Source: Eledone cirrhosa
Taxonomy: Eukaryota
Length of the DNA: 64,000 nt
Assembly: GCA_964016885.1 (NCBI GenBank)
Contig: OZ024746.1
Coordinates: forward strand, 90,272,001 to 90,336,000
Direction of reading: 5' to 3'
Position 1 is the first letter of the stretch, and each line of letters opens with the position of its first letter. The position numbers were made by a program, and so were the translations under genes. Below the pieces are notes generated by a model. The model was given only the letters and a program-made list of their open reading frames with translations, searched no databases and was not told where the DNA came from. Shown here piece by piece: positions 54,519-64,000 of this stretch.

Positions 54519-55275
54519 ATTAAAGCTATCATTTTGTCTAATTCAAAGAGAAAGCTATTTTGAAAAAAGATCTAAATCTAGTTGGATCCCCAAAATCGAA
54601 ATACACTCGATGAGATTAATTCCCATTCTTAAATGCTGTAACGTTTGTTTATATATCTAGGGTGATCTGTGAATATTTTTCATATTCTTACAGATTAAAA
54701 GCCGTATAACCTATCTAGATAGAAGATAATTTGTGATAATAAAAGGGGAACATATGAAATCAGCTATAGATACACATTGTAGGAATTAGTACATTGAACG
54801 TGAATAAATAATAATAAATGATTCCTATATTATTAACGTCATGTTTCAGAGGAATGCAACATATTGAACTACGTCTTCGTAATGGAAGAAAGGAAATGGT
54901 TTTATAATGACTTGAATAACTTTATCTCTCTTATCGGAAACTATACGCTATATGATATATAATTTATACTTACAAATGTTTAAGGGCAGAAGCTTTTAAT
55001 ATGCTTTAATGGATGTTCTTCAAATTATCAAAATGTTTCGAAAGTATTACTTAGTGACTGAATAAAATATATAAATAATAATACAAAAAATAATAGATTT
55101 GAAAACTTTGAAATAGCAGGCAAACATGTATGTAACTAGTTATTTCTCATACGATATGCTTTTTCTTTTGATCGTAAAATTTACATAGATTTGCGTTACT
55201 GTATTCTCAATTATTTCAAGGAAAGACACACACGTGCATACATAGATACACACACAGAAACACAAACGCGCGCAT

Positions 55276-55333
<58 letters not shown>

Positions 55334-56670
55334 ACCCACACACATATACACACAGACACACACACACGTATATATATATATATATATGCGTGTGTATGTG
55401 TGTGTGTGTGCGTGTCTGTATACATATCTGTGTAGATGTATATTATGATGCACTGACATGCGTGACATGCACTGCACTAACTAAGGTTTCAAGGCCTAAG
55501 TATGACCTTAACTCCAAATTTAATTGCGGTGAAGAATGCATGAATTGGAAACTGCTAGACTTACGCCTAACCCATCAGGCGTAGTGTGAATATCCGAACG
55601 AGATCACGTAAATAAATGGACTAAATATGTTTCTAAGGGACACGACCATGTTTTAAATGAGAATTTGTTTGATATATTGTTTATAAATGTGTGTCTTAAT
55701 GTCCGATGTGTTGCTAAAATATACGATCTGCTTGGTAATGTGATGTTAGAAAATAGTTTCAGGATGAATAATTGATATGTAGGAAAGTGTGACCTACCTA
55801 CAGGTTTGAATATACTGGAATTATGACTCATGAAGTATATGTATTGATTGCTATGTAGTCGTAAGTCTTTATATTGGCACGTCCATGATGATTGTATGTG
55901 GCTTTTTAGGTACAAACAAACATTAAAAGCCTCGTCATTCGTTTTCTGTGAAAATACGTAGGTATAGGATACAGTTCTTTGTTTCACTGATGAAAATCCA
56001 GGACTTGTGTAGTATCCATTTTTGTTATTTTTTGAGAGGAGAATGGGCTTTACCTTTTACCTGCCACACTCATTGCACTAGGGCCATGGTTGACTTCATT
56101 TCTGGGTGCCTATTATGATTAACATGTTCTTGTACCAAAACACAGATGAAATATTCACTAATCTATGCACGAGTGGTGGTTTTATGGGTCACATCTACTT
56201 AAAATATAATTGACTTCATATTAGAACTCTACTACATAGAGCAGTCTCGTTTTACTCTGAAAAGGGACCCTGGATCTACATCTAGTTTACATTTAGCAGT
56301 TTGTTTAATCTCATTGTAGGTCCACAGTAAGAGTTTATTCTCACTGAGTGCACACTAAATATTTTCCTACAACGATAGGTAAAATGCGTACCTATGGAAT
56401 CTAAAAATTCTACATTCATTGGTCTTTACCTTAAGGTAATAGGCGTGAAGCAGATGGATTTTTCATCTTGATCACTTTAGTATTTAAATCGGCCGTATCT
56501 GGCCAGAACTTTCTCAGCTCTTTCTGATTAAAATGGCAATAACTGGCTGCTTATACCTTCATTAAGATATTGTTCTCAAAATAATATAATATCAACATAT
56601 TGTAGATTGAAAATTATCGGATATTTATGTGAAATAAAGTGTTTACCCTGAAAATATAATAGTAAATATA

Positions 56671-56779
56671 GTTGTTTCTACTTTTGGCACAAGGCCACCA
56701 ATTACCTAGTGCATTACTGGTACTTCATTTTATCGACCAGTAAGGATGAAAGACAAAGTTAACCACGGCGGGATTCGAT
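56671..56779 (-). mobile_element. SINE family A, 5'-truncated
   Basis: Tail and body up to the B-box; flanked by taaatatagt on both sides. Confidence 0.85.
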
Positions 56780-57141
56780 ACTAAATATAGTGTAATGTAA
56801 ATACTAAAGTGGTATTCATGTTTTCGTTTATAGTTGTGGTATTTCAGTTGTATTGGGCTTTCCTTAGTCCTGTATTGAACCCGCTAACTACAGAGCCTTA
56901 GTTATGATGCGTTGCTGTTGTAATCACATATCTGCTTAGCAAAATAAAGATTTATATCCGACAACGAATATTAATATTTGGATTAAAAAACAAAACTCAG
57001 AATGTGCTGTTGCTGAATCATGATATATATATATATATACATATATATTTGCATAATAAATATTATATAATTAAATTGCTATGTAGAATATATAGAACAC
57101 TCTTTTATCATTTAACATTTCTACGGAAATACCCTCCCCCC

Positions 57142-57192
<51 letters not shown>

Positions 57193-57416
57193 TATATATC
57201 TTATTATGAATTGGCTGCCTTCATGCCTCCCCACTCATACACCTGCACCTCCCTCATCTCTCTTACTCTGATTACTCATATTGAGTTCAACAGGCACCAC
57301 CACATTTAACCGTTACAAACGTTCTTTACACCCTGAGAGTGTGGTCCGTTTGGGGTCTTCTCTCGGTCTATATTTTCCCTCCACCAATTCAAACTGAATT
57401 TCAAGAGCAACGCCCT

Positions 57417-57454
57417 GATAGTTCCCGATAGTTCCCGATAGTTCCCGATAGTTC
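57417..57454. repeat. 10-bp tandem repeat (gatagttccc) x~4
   Basis: Directly visible. Confidence 0.9.
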
Positions 57455-58943
57455 TGCAAGGTTCATAGAAGTACAATAAAATATCATTCAAATAATGAAA
57501 TCAAGCGTTCCGAAATAAGCTATGTTCTATATAACTAAAACCAGTCATATTTAGTTAAAATAAGATGTCCTTTACTGACTAAAAACATCGATTCTTTAAA
57601 CAACTTAATTGAGCTAGAAGAGTAGATAGCTACGTGCAATAAAAATAAACTGTTCTGTATATTAGAACTTTGCATTAGAAGCCATGCACTAACTGAAATG
57701 AAAATAGTTACAGTTTTACATCCTCCTTAAAAACCAGTCAAATATTCAGCTCAAATCTGTTTAATTATTGCCCTGCTTCCGTCTGAATGTTCTCATATTA
57801 ACTAAACTTGGGACTCTGTGTATACATCGAAGACGTAGACAGAAGAAAGAAGCTAATGTTGGCTTAGCATTCTTCATAATCTATATATATGAAGTTGTAG
57901 TTCCTGTCTGTGTGTTACTTTGTTTGTTCCCCAACTCCTCCTATGGTGTTGGAGATAGAATCGCATAACCATATATATTCTGAAACTACATTTCCCAGGG
58001 TACTTGGATAATTATATTTCATTTTGATCAAATGGTTCCCCAGAGGCACAAACCCCCGCTGAATATATTTTGCCTTCTATTTATATGAAATTTAAACCAT
58101 AGGTAAATGACACGATATGATGTCTATTCAAAAAAGTTTTGAATTGATATTTTGAAAACAAATATTTGTTTTCCAATTTTTCATGATTTACATTTTACAT
58201 TGAAAAATATTGAAATGCAGAGTCATTCTCCATAACTTATATCACTGATTTAAAATCAATCATCATTTTCTTACAAAACAAATGTGTGAAACGCAGCAAG
58301 AAGCAGGCAATTCGGCTAGTTTATATATAAGAGGATTTGATACAGTTCTGATGCGCTACGAATATTGTCAGCCAATGGAAGTAATGCAACAAATATGTGT
58401 ATCTAAAAAGGCATAATATTCAGGAAACACCAGGAGTCTAAAGTAATATGCCGAACACGGTGTTAAAACAATATTTTACTGGGTTCTCTAAATATTTGTG
58501 TCAGTGCAGCCTCTAAAAAACACGTGCGGCACATTGCAAATTTTGGGAACTCAGAAGATGAAACATGCTTCATGTGAATCCCACAAACTTTTCAAATGCA
58601 TGTATAGTGACTCTCACCCTGACAAATATGTGGATCAATAGTTCGTTTGTAAATATTAATGCTATTATATATTTTAATGTTTTATGTCAGATTCTGAAAA
58701 TCCAATTCATATAAATTCTCTTAGGAATAAACTCATCGGTGAAACGTGTAAACATTATCATGAAAAGAATATAACAATGAAAACATTGACACCAAAAGAT
58801 TCGTTTTATAGGCGACGCGAGAAACATTTTATATATGCTACGCTATACACTAGGAGTTAATATACCCTCGAGGAACTGTCTGATAGTTTAAGTAATGTAT
58901 AGACACACTGCTAACTACCTACGCAAATATATATCCCCCAATG

Positions 58944-59025
<82 letters not shown>

Positions 59026-59116
59026 TATGTACACGTACATACATATATGTATACCGACGTACTAAGAGTGGGAAATGAAATATCGTTTCATTTTTTCCGT
59101 TTATATATATATAAAT

Positions 59117-59233
<117 letters not shown>

Positions 59234-59243
59234 TATATATATA

Positions 59244-59274
<31 letters not shown>

Positions 59275-59328
59275 TTATATATATATACTCATGTATATAT
59301 ACACACATCTATACATACACACATGTAC

Positions 59329-59383
<55 letters not shown>

Positions 59384-59857
59384 ATAAATATGTTTAAATG
59401 GAGATATCCACTTTGTTTTGACTAAACAAGATACTGGGAAACTCAACGTGTTGTTTGATTATTAATAATGCAGATCAAATAAATACAATTTAAAACCAGG
59501 GAAGTGCGATTCGAAAGATTGGATAATAGCCAGCTTCACAGATCGTTAATATATATTTTAAAGGAACACCAAACCCTTTTTAGAACTTCTATCATATATA
59601 TGCTTTTTCTTCACGCGTTTCAGTAATTAGAAGCCAAAAAAATAGATAAGTTCTATGACTCATAGCCACATCAACATTAAAGGACATATTAATGTTAAAA
59701 TAATCCCAGAAAGTGGAGAATAAAAATGAAATTATAAAAACTAAAGTAAAACGCACAATGTGATAGGAAATAACGTCAAAACATTTCCAATAAGCGTAAT
59801 AATCCCAAATAGGTATGTAATTAATGCCTCATGTAAGAGGGATAATAAGCTTAAAAG

Positions 59858-60060
59858 TCTTCTTCTTCCACTTAATGCCGAGAGCGTGATGGGGTAGAGA
59901 GTCGCCAAACACACCTACCGGGTCCTATCATAAGCAGCAGTCTCCAACTGGTCAGGCAGTTTCCACAAATGTGATCAGCCAAGCTCATTTATGTTATCCA
60001 ATAGAGTTCCTCGGGGTATAGCGATGGGTGAGAAGCAAGCCAGCTGTTTTTGCCCGTAAG
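59858..60060 (-). pseudogene. RTE-clade LINE 3' fragment with (GAA)n tail
   Basis: The minus strand reads LDNINELG*SHLWKLPDQLETAAYDRTR followed by gaagaagaaga. Confidence 0.55.
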
Positions 60061-60304
60061 ATCTGTCCAGTGATTCTTTCCTAAAACATCCTAACCCCAA
60101 GCCCATAGTATTGGACCTGTGATACGCACATATCTACATTTGTGAGTGGATATCCACACATTTATACACATACCATAACTATATTTCCTTATTTTACTTT
60201 TATATATCTCTTGCATTACTTTTATTCATATATTTTTTTGACCGTTAAACTATTCCTTTCTCGGGGATATTTTTCATATGTATAAATGTGTACATATGTA
60301 TACA

Positions 60305-60381
<77 letters not shown>

Positions 60382-60414
60382 ATGTATGCATACGTATGTG
60401 TATATATATATATA

Positions 60415-60703
60415 TTATTTCACCTCAATTGGCCCTGCTCTCTTCAACATCACACCAGGACACGTCAAAACAGAAACTGACCACACAAAATTCAAGAAGT
60501 CTTTGGACAAATTCCCCCAAGTAATCCCGGACAAACCACCCACACCCGGATATGTATCCGCAAACAGTAATTCTCTTCTCGAATGGGCCATGGTGCCCAA
60601 ATCCTGAATTGAAATATATCGCCAGGTGGTGCTATTAAGTTAGACATGGCCTGGTCAATACTGGCCAAAACATTTCATAGTTATTCAAAGTTGTTCAAAG
60701 TTA
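60415..60703 (+). pseudogene. CR1-group LINE extreme 3' end with tandem-repeat tail
   Basis: [14 protein letters not shown]...FKKSLDKF...IPDKPPTPGY...NSLLEW*, a short 3' UTR, then the tail ttcatagtta ttcaaagttg ttcaaagtta. Confidence 0.8.
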
Positions 60704-60864
60704 TATATATATACATACATATAATCAAGGTTTATTAAATAAGAAAAAGTTTCAAAATAAATTTCAAAAAATTCCCTGTACTTACTATGGTTACATTTAC
60801 CTCATCGGTTTCGAGTCTCAACAATAAATGGATAGTCCTTACAGGCTTCCATTGAAAAGATAAA

Positions 60865-60921
<57 letters not shown>

Positions 60922-61008
60922 AATGCATCTCTTCTTTCCATGATATCCGGATTACATTGAGTTCTTCATACGGATTGGACACTACCGTAAACTCTTGGTA
61001 GATTTATC

Positions 61009-61045
<37 letters not shown>

Positions 61046-61047
<2 letters not shown>

Positions 61048-61390
61048 CCTGGACCTCTGTTTTACAAATAACGAAGTGATCATCCACAATGTAATGGTGA
61101 CACCAACAATATTCTCGATCATAACTTAGTAGAACTAATGATATATTGTCCGAGAGAACCAACAGAGACACAACCATTAAGAAGCAACGGGACCTTATCC
61201 AGACTTAACGTCTACAAGGCTAACTGGAAAAATATCAAGAGAGAAATCCGCAAGCAAATATGGAGGGAAAACACCGCCACACAAGACACCAATACACAAT
61301 TTCAACACTTCATGACAATGATACAAACTATATGCAAACAAGTTTGTCCCGGAGAAAAAGGCAAACAGAACAAAAAATCATATTGCGAAA
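61046..61390 (+). pseudogene. CR1-group LINE fragment: APE C-terminus/linker
   Basis: ILDLCFTNNEVIIHNVMVTPTIF(S)DHNLVEL...LNVYKANWKNIK. Confidence 0.75.
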
Positions 61391-61394
61391 GGTA

Positions 61395-61772
61395 GGAAAT
61401 CCTTATGAGCTGTCTTGTTCGACGGTTGGTCTAGCTCCCAATGACAAAGTTTGGTGCTAGTCCCTCCAGGATTTTCCACATGTAGATCACTGTGTATCTC
61501 TCCCGTCTTCGTTCCGAGGAGTAGAGGTTCTGTTATGTTAGCCTCTCCCTGTAGCTTATCTCCTTCATCGTGGCAATGGTGTAGCTTCGCTGGATTGCCT
61601 CGATCTCTGTGGTTAGTTTGACATTATAGGGTGACCACAACTGGGAGCAATATTCCAGACGGCTTAGGACAAATTTCCTCCATAGTGTCAACATGGTGTC
61701 TCGGTCTCTTGTCGGGAACGTCCTCAAGATCCAACCAGCGAGTCGTCTGCACATTGTCACCAATTTCATGGT
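61395..61772 (-). pseudogene. CR1-group LINE fragment: RT C-terminal region
   Basis: GWILRTFPTRDRDTMLTLWRKFVLSRLEYCSQLWSP...EAIQRSYT...SYRERL...LYSSERRRERY..IYMWKILEGLAPN. Confidence 0.85.
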
Positions 61773-61779
61773 GTACACG

Positions 61780-61816
<37 letters not shown>

Positions 61817-61852
61817 GAATGTATACATACACACAAATATATATGTATATCA

Positions 61853-62679
61853 CATATTGAGTTATAAACTCAAAATAGTCTTTTACAATTAAATAGCTCA
61901 AAGAAGGGAATGTTTCCGAGCCGTGCAATACGAATGAATAAATGAGAGGGATGAACACCTATACAAGTATAGATGGGTTCGAATTGTAAATGACCAAGTT
62001 CGGTAGGTTGAAAAATACTAATTTAAAATAATATAGTTTGCCTGTCTCGATTTAAAGTAATAAATCAATAAATATAAGAAATCTAAAGTTAGCTCTACGT
62101 AAGGAGCCGAGAATATCGAACACATGTTTACAATTCAAACACATGTTTACTTGTATCTGTGTTCATCCCTCTCATATATTCATTTGCATTACACGCCTCG
62201 GTAACATTCCCTTCTTTGAGCTTTTAATTGTAAAAGACTATTTTGAGTTTAAAAACTCAATATATGATATTCTCGGCTCCATACGTAGAGCTAACTTTAG
62301 TCCCACAAAACTGGCTGCTATTTTTTGCCGCATGAGTATGAGACACGTTAGGCGCTGTGACATGTGCGTTCAACAACACATAGTTCTCAGACTTCTAAAG
62401 TCTTTTGAAGTGAAAGGTCGAATTTCTTGGATACCCGCAGAAGAGCACATGGATACTGACTTTCACTTAATAATTTTGCGAAACAGCTTTAGAATCTGTC
62501 CGGGTATCAGGGCCATTGCCAAATATAGGTTTGTTATTTTAATGATTTATTACTTTAAATCGAGACAGGCGAACCATATTATTTGAAATTAATATTTTTC
62601 AACCTAACGAACTTGGTCATATACAATTTGAACACATGCACACTTGCATCGGTGTAGGTCCCTCTCATATATTCATTTG

Positions 62680-62680
<1 letters not shown>
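61853..62680. mobile_element. ORF-less ~493-nt tandem-unit element with hammerhead, plus an inverted partial copy, between TA-rich tracts
   Basis: Plus-strand 62129-62680 is 1.1 units (tacaatt.aacacatg...ccctctcatatattcatttg repeats at 62129 and 62622). 61853-62117 is an inverted, internally deleted copy. Confidence 0.8.
62430..62508 (+). ncRNA. type I hammerhead ribozyme (core U4 substituted by A)
   Basis: Helix I gatacccg/cgggtatc (8 bp, perfect); core cagaaga 62438-44; helix II gca/tgc; GAAA 62480-83; helix III ACAG/CUGU; GUC cleavage triplet ending at 62500. Confidence 0.75.
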
Positions 62681-62713
<33 letters not shown>

Positions 62714-62889
62714 CATATATATATATGTATATATATGTATATATATATGTGTATATATATATATGTGTATATATATGTATATATATATACACACAAATAT
62801 ATATATATATATGTATATATATATATGTATGTATATACACACAATTATATATATATATATAAATATATACATATATATATATATATATA

Positions 62890-62991
<102 letters not shown>

Positions 62992-63018
62992 TATATATAT
63001 GTATGCATATATACACAC

Positions 63019-63053
<35 letters not shown>

Positions 63054-64000
63054 GGCATATCTCATTTTTTGTATATGTAAAAAATTATTTAATTTGAACT
63101 TTTGTAAATTGAAATATTTCTGTGATTCAACATATCTTTTTATCTGTTTACTTTGTTTTTCATGCATTACTTAATGCTCCGCATATTTGAGGATTAAATA
63201 TCGGAATGTTAAAACATATTAAGTTTAAACATGTATGAATAAATTTATGAATAAGTTTTAAAATTTATGAATAATGGGAATCCGAAACTGAGTTTTTAGG
63301 TGATTTAGAGCTACATTTTTAACAATATATCAATATATTTTCTTCCCACTTCAAATGCATCCATTCATTTTCTTTATATAGGTAATAATAATTTCATCCT
63401 TGAAAAAATGAATCTCAAACAATAACACTAGAAACAATGAAATATCTTCATCTGTAAACAATATATATTTATGAAATTCAAATGTAAACAAACCTTATAC
63501 CATATACTATAAAATATGCGGCAGTTGTAAATGACAGCTTTCATCAATTTATTAGAAATAGAATGTGTGTTGGTTTAATATTTTTGTTATTGATTATCAG
63601 AATTCGAGGATTCATTTTGAAATGTCTTCTGTTGTTCGTTAGTTTAATATTCAAGGAACATTTTATTATAACATCCATAGGAGATGAACAGAAGGGGTGT
63701 AACACAAGGTCATGCTACACATGCCACATATCCTTTGATGTTTAATATAAATATTTAAAGCTTTAATAAGTTTTAAGCATGACAATATTTAATTTTAGAA
63801 ACAAATATCATTATAAAACTATATGGTTCAGCTTTTAGTATTGGTATCTTACATTAATTACATCGTTATCATTACTTGTCTCCATTACGTAATTTCGAGG
63901 TTGTTGGTCGTTTTGCTTAAAATAACATTTTGATCACCCAACATAAACATTTCCTGAACAAATTGATAGTCATATATGAGACAGCAGCAGCAACAGATTC

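Overview
AT-rich eukaryotic (animal) non-coding DNA with no recognisable intact host gene. It is full of (TA)n/(CA)n microsatellites, so most of the supplied ORFs ([16 protein letters not shown]) are spurious. The repeat content (two tRNA-headed SINE families, one with a CORE-like domain) looks like coleoid cephalopod/Octopus DNA; that is an inference from recalled repeat sequences, not a search result. Main elements: about 15 copies of a ~180-bp tRNA-derived SINE, many with clear target-site duplications; three CORE-type SINE copies; a near-full-length degenerate CR1-clade LINE (14130-18075); a near-full-length degenerate Penelope-like element (RT plus C-terminal GIY-YIG, 27673-30089) with an inverted copy of its 3' end upstream; and several RTE- and CR1-clade fragments. 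The most interesting signal is a set of short ORF-less elements, mostly beside (TA)n tracts and with fold-back ends, that carry type I hammerhead ribozyme folds. One is a ~493-nt circularly permuted tandem unit (61853-62680) whose diverged second copy (23804-24335) shows compensatory changes in helix I, consistent with a retrozyme-like or non-autonomous Penelope-like family. An RTE insertion also shows a clear twin-priming inversion.
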